Part shown: positions 1 to 10,486 of the stretch, piece by piece
Numbering within the stretch: the first letter of the stretch is position 1
How the letters are laid out: every line of letters begins with the position of its first letter
Assembly: GCA_001600815.1 (NCBI GenBank)
Contig: BCKZ01000017.1
Coordinates: 225,720-289,719, forward strand
Direction: 5' to 3'
DNA length: 64,000 bases
Source: Alloascoidea hylecoeti
Taxonomy: Eukaryota
The notes under the pieces: generated by a model
Seen by the model: the letters and a program-made list of their open reading frames with translations, nothing else
Database searches by the model: none
What the model was told of the DNA's origin: nothing
Made by a program: the position numbers and the translations under genes

Positions 1-2
1 TC

Positions 3-146
3 CCTGATCAACCATTAACATTTATGAAACCAATTCATCATGTCGATATTATTACAGGTAAAGCTTTTGCTGATGCACAAGAAGCTAAATATCCATTAAG
101 GACCCCAAGAAATATGTTGGAGAAGATCTGGTTTTGGATTGCCTAA
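3..146 (+). CDS. 3' end of an amino acid permease (YAT/APC family), partial
   Basis: Frame 3 reads PDQPLTFMKPIHHVDIITGKAFADAQEAKYPLRTPRNMLEKIWFWIA, stop TAA at 144-146. The D-x-x-T-G motif and the terminal W-F-W-I-A resemble C-termini of fungal proline/general amino acid permeases. Confidence 0.65.
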   Translation, partial: PDQPLTFMKPIHHVDIITGKAFADAQEAKYPLRTPRNMLEKIWFWIA

Positions 147-696
147 GCGAAATTGATGAAGGCTTATTTTAATAAGGTTTCAAAAGCTTTCGTCAAGACA
201 AATAAATTATTCTTCTAATAAATTATTCGTTATTATGAAGGAAATGAAAAGAAATATAGAGAATAAAAAGATAAAGAACCATATATGAGAAGTGAACTAA
301 GTTCTTCTTTTATGTTATTTTTAACTTTTTAACTATATAAATTATTAAATAATACTGTATTGATCTTATCAAAATTTAAATGTAAAATATTATTAGATAA
401 AGATAAGTACAGTTTGAATACAGAGATTTAGAACCAAAATATATATGATAATTTTTTTTAGTAAATATATCTTATGCAGTATATATATATTTGGTAAGTG
501 ATTATGATGATGAGGGTTGTGGGTTGGATCAATTAAAAAAAGTAAAAATACCGCTGACTAATCACCACACCACACGTGACATATACCAGGCAGATATCTC
601 ACTTCCCAAAAGAGACAGGCAACCTTATATTTTCCTCCATCAGCTTACAAATTATAAGCCTGCAACCCAAAAAGGAAAAAGGAATAAACATTTATA

Positions 697-3600
697 ATGG
701 ACACAAGTGCTATATACCAATGCTTTGTCTCGACACTTTCGCCCGATTCCTCGGTTAGAATCAATGGTGAGCGATCTCTTGAGCAGTATTCAAAATCTCA
801 AGGTTTTACAACTTCTTTAGTGGAAATTATATGTAAACAAGATGCTGAACATTCAATTAGACAAGCCGCTGCAGTTTATTGTAAAAATCATATTCTAACC
901 TGTTGGAAATCGGAGAGTAAATCCAATAATCTCTCTGATTCTTCAATTGTTAATCATCAACATCCTTATTTAATCTCTTCACAAGAAAAACAAATTATTA
1001 GAGAAAAAATCATCCCTGCTTTAATTTCTTTGGATTTGAATTTTCAAACTTATTTGGCGCCTGCTATTGAACATATCACCTTTTTAGAACTATTTAATGA
1101 ATGGTCTCAACTTTATGATATTACTCTTGGTATGCTACATTCCTCAGATATTAAAGTAGTTAATGTTGGCGCGCTTTGTCTTTTAAGTATCATAAAAACT
1201 GTTAAAGGAAGAGGTGGTCCCATCACCATTAATCGAATAGTTTTTAACTCTTTTGATAAACTGATCAGTATAGCAACTGATTTAGTTAAACAAGAAGATT
1301 ATTTCTCAAATCTTGTACTTTGGAGAATATTAAAAATATATAAACATGCTACTGATATGGCTCTTGTTTCTCAACTTAGAACTGAATTAAGTTTAACGAG
1401 TTGGGTATCAATGATTATTACAATTTTTAAAAGAAAGCTGGCTGATTTTGTTTATTCATCAGATGAAATTTCAAGAGAAAAAATTCCAAATGTTAAATGC
1501 AAAAAATGGGGTCATCGAATTTTAACCCAATTATTTTTAAAATATTGTAATTATACAAATGATATTAATAATAGTACACAAATCATACAATCTAATATTT
1601 CTTCTGAGTATAATGGTTTTTCAACTTTATTTATAAATCAATATGCTTCTCCAATTGCAAATGCTTATATTCAATTATTATTTGATTGGCATACTAATCA
1701 GAAATGGATCCCGGAAAGGAGCAGATGTGAAATGATTATGTTTTTAGAAAAATGTTATATGATTGATTCACTTAGACCAACTGTTGATAATGAAAGGGTG
1801 TTTTTGTTTCGTGCTATAATACTCCCATGTTTACAAAGGATTGAAGAAACAATGGCAATGTTTGAAACAGAACCAGCAGAGTATATTTATATGAAAGAAG
1901 ACTTTTTTGAATTGGAGAAAGATATTCGTCTTGTTATTTCTGTTTCTTCTTTTCTTCAAACAATTACTACATATGGCGTGCCCAGCTCATATATCTTCAT
2001 AATTGAAATTTTAACTAAAAATTTTGAAGAGCCTTTAACTGATGAAAACACTTCAATTTGGATAGGAGCATTTAGAACCGTTTGTATACTTTCTCAAACA
2101 AACTCACCAAAATTTCAACAGAGTACTCCGGAATTTTTATCATTAGCTTTAAAATCGGCTGTTGGTGCACTTTTTTCTCCTGTGCCTTTAATCCGAGCCG
2201 AAGCCCTTGCAATGATCCGTGCATTTCCAAAGAACAATCCTGCATTTGTTGATCCTAAAGATTATGTCAACGCTATAATTAAAAACGTTTATTGTCATGA
2301 TGAGCCGGCTCTTCAAATAATGGCTATTTTCACCCTTCGAAGTTTGTTACAGTTTAGCTCAGTGATTAATGCATTATCACAATCAATTTCAGTTATTATG
2401 ACAATTATGCTTAATTTATCTCAATTAATTGATGGTGATATCTTGACACAAACTTTTGAAGATTTTGTTGAAACGTTCAGAGATGATTTAAAAGATGTTG
2501 CCCCATCATTAGCACGTAAACTATTAGATCAATTTATTGAAACTTCAAATTCATTTGATGCAACCGATAGAGAAGATAGAATAATAGAACAAACTGGTTA
2601 TCTTAATACCATGAAGACCTTAATGCTTTCTTTAGAAGCTTATCCTCAAAGAATTAAAGAACTTGAACCAATTTTCTTTCCTGTCATTAAATTTATTTTT
2701 GAAAGAAGAATTTTAGATTTATATCCTGATCTTATTGAGCTCATTGATGATTTTATTTTAACTTCTAAAACAATATCGAACGTCTTACTTAATATTTTTA
2801 AACTTGCATATGATTCATTCCTTCAACATCCTTCAGATCTTGCTAGCGATTTGATTCCTTTTCTTCATTCATTTGTGTTTTATGGTTCTTCACAACTAAA
2901 CGCCGAACCTCAATATATTGGATATTTATTTGACATCGTTAAAAGTACCTTTGGGTTGGGATTATCTTGGTCGGCTGAATTAATTAGTGCCTGTTCATTG
3001 ATTGAGATTTTATTTCTTACAAGCAGTGGTGACGCAATATACCCATATCTTCAAAATATCGTTTTATTTTTCATTCAGCAACTTCAAGCAAATACTCTAT
3101 CAACTTCATTATCTGTTCGAATTATTGAAGTTGTCTTATCAGCAATTTACTATGATGCACGTAAAACATTAAGTATTCTTGAATCTAGTAATTGCCTTAA
3201 TTCATTTATTCATTATTGGTTCTCTTTGTCACCAAAATTCAGAAAAATTAATGATAAAAAATTGTCATGTCTAGCTTTAGTTAGGATAACGGAGGCTTCC
3301 ACTAATAATGGACTAACAGATCAAGCACGCGTATTCCTTAATCAACTTACGAAGGATCTTGGAAGTTTAAATGTCTTGAAAAGTAGTAAGTATACAAAAT
3401 ATATAAATCGCTATTACTTTTTATTGCAAGTACTAACATGGATCTAATTAAAGGGCAAACAAGTATTGTCCCAGGAGAGCTCAACATTGGTTCTTTGTCT
3501 ATGGGTAAGCATCTTAATTAAACTCATATATAATGATGTCGTTGCTTAACTTTATTCAGTCACTAACAACTATCATTTTAAACAGAACAAACACTAGGAA

Positions 3601-3749
3601 CAGGCTATATATCGTTTGACTCTACAGCAGGCTGTGAGTTTGCAGACGATGATATAATTGATGAGCCAATCCTTGATGGAATATTAGGCGATGTTAATAT
3701 TGATGAACTCAACAAGTTAGCATCAAATCTCTCATTTCTGGTTAACTAG
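697..3749 (+). CDS. Importin-beta family karyopherin (importin-7/8; Nmd5/Sxm1-like); exons 697-3385, 3454-3504, 3586-3749
   Basis: IBN_N-like start (TLSPDSSVRINGERSL...IRQAAAVYCKN...W), KCKKW motif and HEAT-like helices. Introns 3386-3453 (GTAAGT..TACTAAC..AAG) and 3505-3585 (GTAAGC..CACTAAC..CAG) keep the frame and add an acidic tail ending at TAG 3747-3749. Confidence 0.85.
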
Positions 3750-4010
3750 GTGTGATTTTTTAAAATTTTACGAATGCGTATATTTTTGTATTGTTGTTTT
3801 AAAAAAAGGAGTATTTAGCTATAGAGATAATTAGCGTATGATAGCCGCATTAATATTAAAAGATTTGACATTTCAAAAATAATTATTACATTGTTAAAAT
3901 ATAAATATAGAAAATAAAATATCATCACCCATCAGTTGACCTTTGCATATTAGACTACTACTATTATTTCGCTTCGAATTCCTCTTCACACATCAGTAAT
4001 AATTACAAGC

Positions 4011-4728
4011 TTAAAGAATTTCTCTAACAACATTTTGTGCACCGAATGTTTGACTTGTTTGAAACTCTTGTTTCTTGAAAGCAGCCAAAGCGTAGAATAT
4101 GGCTCCAATAGTAAAGAAAATCGCCAGAACAATCAAAGAAGTGGCTTGTGGTATAATTGAAAGATATTGTATGACTGCGTTAAGAAAGTAGAAACCTGCT
4201 CTTGGCCAATTTTGGTTGAATTTTGACATGATGTTCACAAATCTTTCTGACATTGGACAGATTTTTAGAAGGAATGGAATTTCCACGAAAACGAGGACAA
4301 GTCCTTGGACACTTTTGAGCAATATGTTAAGAAATTATATTTAGCTTCATTCAATAATTGGTATAAACTTACATCGCAATGACCGAGAACAAAATAACAA
4401 TTGAAAAGTGGAAAATATTGGCGATTCCAAGTGCCAAGCACAAAAATATAGTTATTATCCCCGTCCTATCATCGTTTATATATCTGTTAGTCGTCCAGTC
4501 TTCAAAATGATTTATTGATTATTTCTGTTACTAACCATTGACCATATATACTGTAAAAAGAAGGATTGTTAGAATTTGTTCTCCTATTTCTGTTATTGCT
4601 GTGTCTAGGCTTTAAAAAGGACACTCATCGCGTTCATTCATTCACACGTATCATCGTGTATTTCGAAGTTATCCATACCTAAAGTTTCTGCTCTTCAGCT
4701 CTGTCTTAAAACTCTCGATGATTGCCAT
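4011..4728 (-). CDS. TVP18: Golgi membrane protein Tvp18; exons 4728-4679, 4550-4536, 4465-4373, 4311-4011
   Basis: Spliced product MAIIESFKTELKSRNFSIYGQWTGIITIFLCLALGIANIFHF...VEIPFLLKICP matches the Tvp18 family. Three GT-AG introns keep the frame. Confidence 0.9.
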
Positions 4729-5015
4729 TTTAAACGTAACAGTATTAGATGTTTGAAAATATGATTTATAACAATCTAAAACAATTGATGGCTTTGTGTT
4801 TTAAATGATCCTAGGTCTGTTCAGTCAATTACCCGGAGCATAGCCACAATCCCCGATAAGATTCTTCTAATTGTGTTAGAATCTTGACACAAAACCAAAC
4901 ATTTTTATAATTACATGAATAACTTACAATTTTTATTTTTTGAAATCTATAATTATATTCATTTCTAGGCTATATATATATTTAATAAAAATTATTGTTA
5001 CAGAATATCCCAATA

Positions 5016-8000
5016 TTAATCCTTTAAAATTAAATTCTCAAAACTTAACGATAGTGCAATAGTGCCATCAGGGTTTCTTGCTTTGTTACTATATGGAGTA
5101 ACATGTCCAACCTTGTTTGGCTTCATGTCATGAGTTCTATCAGAGTTGAAAGCATCACTGGGTTTTCCAATGGATAGAAACTTCATGCCAGGGTATGTAG
5201 TTGGAGGAGCATTGTAAAATACAAATGATTCAGGATCATTATCAGCATATGAGTTTGAAGATGAGACCGGCGTCGATTGTAAACTATAACCATCTGCAAC
5301 AGATAAATAATTGTTTTCTCTTACTCCCAATGGAGACGATGTGGATGAATTTCCATTAGCACTGGTTGGGGTTGAGCTTGGACCTTTCAGATTCTCATGG
5401 CTCTTGGAACTATTAGAAACCAATTTCCTTGTAAGTTGTTGATTTGCAAGTTTGTTCTTCTCCAGTCTAGATTCAGCAATATTAAGACGATCTCTTAATG
5501 CTTCCATTTCATGATCTTTCTTTTCTCTTAGAGACCTTAAAGCCTCCCGTAATGCATCTCTTTGCTGTGTGACATTTCTCATTTTATCTCCGTACTGATT
5601 ATTGAAGGCAGTGTCTCTTAACTTCTTATTTTCAAGCTTTAGACCATCAATTTCACGTTGCAATTCCATTGGATCACCAATCATCTTCAAAGTTTGAAAC
5701 TCAGATAATTGACCTTCCAATTCTGGCACTGTAGATTCTCTCAATCTTTTGATTTCTCTCTGCAATTCATCATTTTTTTCCGTCCTTTCTGCCAGGTTAA
5801 ATGAAACCTCTTTATAATCCAATTTCATTTGTTCCATTAGTCGCTCTTTATCTTTCAACTCTGACTCCAAAACATTAGTCTTATATGCTAATTCAATTGT
5901 AGATTCTTTTATATCTTCTCCTTCCTGAAGACTCAAAATATGTTTTTCAGCGATAAAACGTTTTTCTCTTTCAAGATTTAATTCTTGAATCAAATTAAGC
6001 ATTTCTTGTGTTTCCTGGCGCTCCGAATCTCGTAATTTTTTTTCCGATGCAGTATCCTTCCCTAAAGAATAATCTAAATCATCATCCGATTGTAATAATT
6101 CTAGTTTGGATTCCAAATCAAGTTCACGGCGTATAGAATCAGCAAGTTCATTGGAAACAAGTCTTAAATCATTCAATAAATTTTGACCTGATTGGACTAC
6201 TCCCATTTGATCAGCAGTCATTAATATTTGCCTGGATATTCGATTTCCTCTTCTTTCTTCTCTAGGGGAGGTTTGAACCTGATGACTAAACTTTAAGACA
6301 GACTCACGCTTTGAATTAGATACTTCCAAATTTGGATCTGTTTGAACAGATCTATCATCTTTAAGAACAGATATTCGTTTCGGAGCTTCTATTGGAGCAG
6401 ATTGTGTACTCATATCATATCGTTTAGGTTCTCTTGTTTGCGTGCTCATATTTAGAGGTTCAACACTCGTTGTTTGTATCTGTTGTGTTTTGAACATACT
6501 GGATCTTCGTTTTATAGCCACGGGAGATGTTTGATTGAAGCCATCTTCAGTAATCACTGGTGTTCTTTCTATAGTTGATGATCTTGTTAATGAATCACTG
6601 TTACGGAGATCTGAGTTGGATTTTACACCTTTGCTGAGTCGTCTGGCGAACTTAAGCATCCCGTTCTTGACGGAACCGTTTTTAGATGAAATACTAGACC
6701 TTTTTCTTGGTGGTGATGAGGAATTACCACTAGTGGAAACACTTGCCAAATCTGCCTCCGGAGACCTGGTTGCTCTTGGCGTAGGACCATCATTAATAGA
6801 CGAATCAAAATCAGCGAGTCTAGGGGTACGGTCAAAATCATTATCATCACCTTTTTTAAACTGGAGATTATGATTATCAAAATCTAGTTCCATATTTTTT
6901 AACGAATCTTCCCGCTGAGAATCATAGGACTCGGGTTTATTTAGATCATTTTGAGAAGGCAACGAAAATTTAGACCCTAATTTAGAATCGGTTGTGCTTG
7001 ATTCACTCGACAAAAATGAGCCAGCACTGGTTCTATAATCTCCAGTTGGAACCGGAACAGCATGAACATCCGATTTTAAAGAAGCGTTTGGAGAAATTTC
7101 ACTCCCACTTCCATGTGTATTAGATATGCTTAACCCACCAATTCTATCACGATCATACATTTTATTTTCAGGTGAGGAGAATGGGGAGGTGGAAGCAGAA
7201 TCTTGTTGATTGGAAAAAACTGATGGAGGTGAAGAAGCATGAACACTTGAATTATTATGATACGATAATGGTTGTGTCAAATTTTCATCTCCCATTGATT
7301 GTTTTAAATCTTTACCTTTGTTACTTGGATTTGTATACATATTCGATAATGAGCTTCGAGGAGGATTGGAAGATCTTGCATTAGAGCTAGAATTAGAGTG
7401 TCGATATTGATTCGTCCCATTTTGATTTGAGATATTGTCAGGGACTTCTGGAATTGTATCAATAGTAGGTGATGTCACGGATGATAAAGTGTGCTGTGAT
7501 TGTGGAGAATATTGCCCATGAGGTCCATTCCCATGTTGAGGGTTGTAACCATTAGGTGGGCTATTAAATCTCATTGGTCCATTGGGCCCATAAGAACCAT
7601 TGGGTCCATTAGGTCCATTAGGTCCATTAGGTCCATTAGGTCCATTAGGTCCATTAGGTCCATTAGGTCCATTAGGTCCAGGTCCAAAACCACTAGGACC
7701 TGGGCCCATACCCATAGGAGGACGAACATTATTTGTTAATGACATGCTTCGAGGATAATTCTGACCATTTGGAGGAGTTCCATTTCTGGGCACGAAATCT
7801 GTATATGCACCTGTCAAAGAATGTAGAGATCTCACGGAACCTGGGGCAGGAGGCATATTCGGAGGACCACCATAAGGAAACCCAGGTGACATAGGATTTG
7901 GCGGCATATTTGGGTTATTCATATTTCCTATATTTGTCATCATCATTTTTTTGTTGGATATCATTTGCTTTCTATAAACATTATTACTGGCTTTATTGAC

Positions 8001-8456
8001 GTTATTTGTAGTACTGGGAGCTGTCATTAGTGTGGGGACAATAGGAGTGGAATCACCACCACTTATCATAGAACTTAACAACCTAGAGGAATTAGTATCA
8101 CCTTGTCTATTACCTCGAAGGCCGGATATAATATCATCCATTCGAATATCAGTGACGCCGGCGATTTCACCACCACCATCTTCATCCTCTGAATCACCAC
8201 CCCCGTTGCTTATGTCTATTTTTTCACTAATATCTCTCTTCTGGCGACGACGAAAAATAGAATGTTTTCCGGTTGATGAAGAAGCTGTCGAGGATACTGA
8301 AGAACGTCTACCAGGAGGAGCAAAAGGCATATTGCCCATGTTCAAGTCCGTCGCGCTTCTCTGAAAGCCTTGAGCCCGAAACCCGTTGGGAGTAGGAGGG
8401 CCTTGTTGAAATCTTTGAGCTGCACTCATATTTAGGGGTTCTGGATACGCACTCAT
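5016..8456 (-). CDS. Uncharacterised 1146-aa protein with a Pro/Gly/Asn/Ser-rich disordered N-terminal half and a C-terminal coiled coil
   Basis: Long ATG-initiated ORF with a heptad-rich C-terminal third (ELADSIRRELDLESKLE... RNVTQQRDALREALRSLR). Family not recognised. Confidence 0.85.
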   Translation of the reverse strand: MSAYPEPLNMSAAQRFQQGPPTPNGFRAQGFQRSATDLNMGNMPFAPPGRRSSVSSTASSSTGKHSIFRRRQKRDISEKIDISNGGGDSEDEDGGGEIAGVTDIRMDDIISGLRGNRQGDTNSSRLLSSMISGGDSTPIVPTLMTAPSTTNNVNKASNNVYRKQMISNKKMMMTNIGNMNNPNMPPNPMSPGFPYGGPPNMPPAPGSVRSLHSLTGAYTDFVPRNGTPPNGQNYPRSMSLTNNVRPPMGMGPGPSGFGPGPNGPNGPNGPNGPNGPNGPNGPNGPNGSYGPNGPMRFNSPPNGYNPQHGNGPHGQYSPQSQHTLSSVTSPTIDTIPEVPDNISNQNGTNQYRHSNSSSNARSSNPPRSSLSNMYTNPSNKGKDLKQSMGDENLTQPLSYHNNSSVHASSPPSVFSNQQDSASTSPFSSPENKMYDRDRIGGLSISNTHGSGSEISPNASLKSDVHAVPVPTGDYRTSAGSFLSSESSTTDSKLGSKFSLPSQNDLNKPESYDSQREDSLKNMELDFDNHNLQFKKGDDNDFDRTPRLADFDSSINDGPTPRATRSPEADLASVSTSGNSSSPPRKRSSISSKNGSVKNGMLKFARRLSKGVKSNSDLRNSDSLTRSSTIERTPVITEDGFNQTSPVAIKRRSSMFKTQQIQTTSVEPLNMSTQTREPKRYDMSTQSAPIEAPKRISVLKDDRSVQTDPNLEVSNSKRESVLKFSHQVQTSPREERRGNRISRQILMTADQMGVVQSGQNLLNDLRLVSNELADSIRRELDLESKLELLQSDDDLDYSLGKDTASEKKLRDSERQETQEMLNLIQELNLEREKRFIAEKHILSLQEGEDIKESTIELAYKTNVLESELKDKERLMEQMKLDYKEVSFNLAERTEKNDELQREIKRLRESTVPELEGQLSEFQTLKMIGDPMELQREIDGLKLENKKLRDTAFNNQYGDKMRNVTQQRDALREALRSLREKKDHEMEALRDRLNIAESRLEKNKLANQQLTRKLVSNSSKSHENLKGPSSTPTSANGNSSTSSPLGVRENNYLSVADGYSLQSTPVSSSNSYADNDPESFVFYNAPPTTYPGMKFLSIGKPSDAFNSDRTHDMKPNKVGHVTPYSNKARNPDGTIALSLSFENLILKD
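7603..7680 (-). repeat. 9-bp coding tandem repeat (GGTCCATTA)x8 encoding Gly-Pro-Asn triplets
   Basis: Eight perfect units at 7603-7674 plus a partial unit. Confidence 0.95.
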
Positions 8457-8920
8457 TTTTGTGTCTCTCTAAGCCATCACTTTGAAACCTCGATCGCGAG
8501 AGAAGAAGAGAAAGAAATTTAAAGAGGTGTCATAACATCCAAACGCCTATTATCCCCAAATTATAATAATCTCTATGGTAGAATTATAATTAATGAATCA
8601 CTAATGTAGAAACGCCATGGATCTGCAAACTGCCTTTAGTTTAATTTCTGCAATTAAGCTGGCCGGTAGATACTGCTCTGAAACGGATATGGAAACGTTT
8701 GGGTTTGGAACGTTACTATTCTACTTAAATTTGTTATAATGCTAGTGTTGTCAAGCAATATTAAACTTTTAAGCTTGAGTTTAAACTTCTCGATATCTTG
8801 AGCTCGATCAAGCTCCCTATTACATCTGCCAAAAAAAATAAAAAAATAAAAACATAATGCAATGTGTATATAAAACGAATTAGCTATGATACATTTGCAA
8901 GTGGTATAAAATAAGTTAGG

Positions 8921-9209
8921 TGTAAGAATATAGCAGGCAGAAGAAACTGACTTTTGCCATGTTTATAATATAAATATTACCAATTACCAATGTGAAATAT
9001 AAAATAAATTACACCTTAAGCTTTCTAACCCATCTAGTAACCATATATGGTTATATGTAATTGAAGTGTAATTGTCAGGTTCTCAGGTATCAATTGTAAC
9101 TTAAAGTATAGCTACCCGGCTATGAAAGCCTATATAAATAGTAAGTAGTTTCCTCTTTTTATAAGATAAGTTATTTTCACTTCAGCTAAATTATCGCTAT
9201 ATCCTTACA
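8921..9209 (+). repeat. Long terminal repeat (289 bp)
   Basis: Begins TGTAAGAATATAGC and ends GCTATATCCTTACA (13/14 terminal inverted repeat, TG...CA). Internal TATATAAA at 9131. Directly followed by a TGG-initiated PBS-like sequence. Confidence 0.85.
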
Positions 9210-9222
9210 TGGGGGCCGAGCT
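9210..9222 (+). other. Primer-binding site, probably complementary to a tRNA-Pro 3' end
   Basis: TGGGGGCCGAGCT directly after the LTR-terminal CA. It is the reverse complement of AGCTCGGCCC-CCA, a tRNA-Pro-type acceptor end. Confidence 0.65.
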
Positions 9223-9259
9223 TATTATTGATCCTAATACTGCTACACAAAAGATAATT

Positions 9260-10486
9260 ATGACCACTAAACTATCTGCTACACAAAAAAACCTTCAGAA
9301 AGAGTATTTTACTCACTCTTCTACACTCGAAGGATGGTCATTATCCACGCCACTACAACAGCGTCCCAAATTATTGATGTCCATCAAGAAATTCATCTTA
9401 GAATTACCTCCGGACCCTGACTATTTCATTGCTGCTAGTGTCGTGTGTCATCAATGTGAAGAAGACAATGTTTTCACAGATTACACATTCATTAAAGATT
9501 CTATTAAATCAAGACAGGATTTCTTAGATTATTTCTTCTCCAAAGGAACGAAAGATACTGAACAAACTATCTTCCAAATGCAATTATTCAATCAATTGCT
9601 CAACACTAGATTTATTAAATCTATACAAGAATTTAGAACTTTGATCAACTGGTTGAAACGTTCTTTACCTGGTTTAAATTTGTTATCCAGAAGAGTAGTC
9701 TCTATGGCTCTTTTACAAAGCAAATGCTTTAAGAATTTAGAAAAGATCCATATGTTTCTACTTAGAGACATAACTGCTAATAAAACAATGGAATCCAATT
9801 CCGTTTCAAATCTCATCGTGGATATTTGCAGTTTACAACAAGAGGAATATCCGTTTTTACAGTCAAAATCCACAAAAAACTTAAAAGAAGACAAGAAACA
9901 ACCAAAAAACCCATCATCCAAATTAAATAGTAATAAAGATACTTCTGCCTACTATGTAACTTCCTCTGTAAAAGCAAATCCTCTTTTACCTATTGTTACT
10001 ATCAACATCGGTGGAATTCCAACAACAACGTTACTAGACACTGGAGCAGTTGCTTGCTTAATCAACAGCAATTTCGTGATGAAAAACAGGTTAAAATTCA
10101 GTCTCTCAAAATATCAAAAACAAATAACTATACAAGATATAAACCAAGGTTCTCGCACTTTTCCAAATAGGGTTACATGTCAACGCATTCACACGTATTC
10201 CCCTCATACTTTTCATTTAGTAGATAACCTACCTTATGATGCCATCATTGGTTACAACTTTATTTCTTTACATCCTGAAATTTGGAATCTCGTAAATAAT
10301 ACGAAAGCTAATCTAAATTCAAATTCCGATATTGTTAAGGTAAACAAAGTGACCATTACAACATCAACCGCTCCAATTCCCGAGAATGATGAAATTATTC
10401 AAGTTACTAAACCTAAGGTAAACTTAAAAGAGTACATTGAAAATCTTAAAATTCCCGACCTTATTATCGCTATATCCTTACAGTAA
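9260..10486 (+). CDS. Retrotransposon Gag-aspartic protease polyprotein, truncated before RT
   Basis: Uninterrupted ORF (an in-frame ATG also lies at 9209, on the LTR/PBS junction). Retropepsin motif LLDTGA at 10031-10048 and downstream YDAIIGYNFI; the upstream region is a plausible helical Gag. The ORF runs into the LTR-end fragment (IIAISLQ*). Confidence 0.8.
   Translation: MTTKLSATQKNLQKEYFTHSSTLEGWSLSTPLQQRPKLLMSIKKFILELPPDPDYFIAASVVCHQCEEDNVFTDYTFIKDSIKSRQDFLDYFFSKGTKDTEQTIFQMQLFNQLLNTRFIKSIQEFRTLINWLKRSLPGLNLLSRRVVSMALLQSKCFKNLEKIHMFLLRDITANKTMESNSVSNLIVDICSLQQEEYPFLQSKSTKNLKEDKKQPKNPSSKLNSNKDTSAYYVTSSVKANPLLPIVTINIGGIPTTTLLDTGAVACLINSNFVMKNRLKFSLSKYQKQITIQDINQGSRTFPNRVTCQRIHTYSPHTFHLVDNLPYDAIIGYNFISLHPEIWNLVNNTKANLNSNSDIVKVNKVTITTSTAPIPENDEIIQVTKPKVNLKEYIENLKIPDLIIAISLQ

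Larger units (their letters stand above)
8921..10482 (+). mobile_element. Internally deleted Ty3/gypsy-like LTR retrotransposon: 5' LTR, PBS, gag-protease and the last 20 bp of an LTR
   Basis: LTR at 8921-9209, PBS-like sequence at 9210-9222, retropepsin ORF. ATTATCGCTATATCCTTACA is repeated exactly at 9190-9209 and 10463-10482. No RT, RNase H or integrase. Confidence 0.85.
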
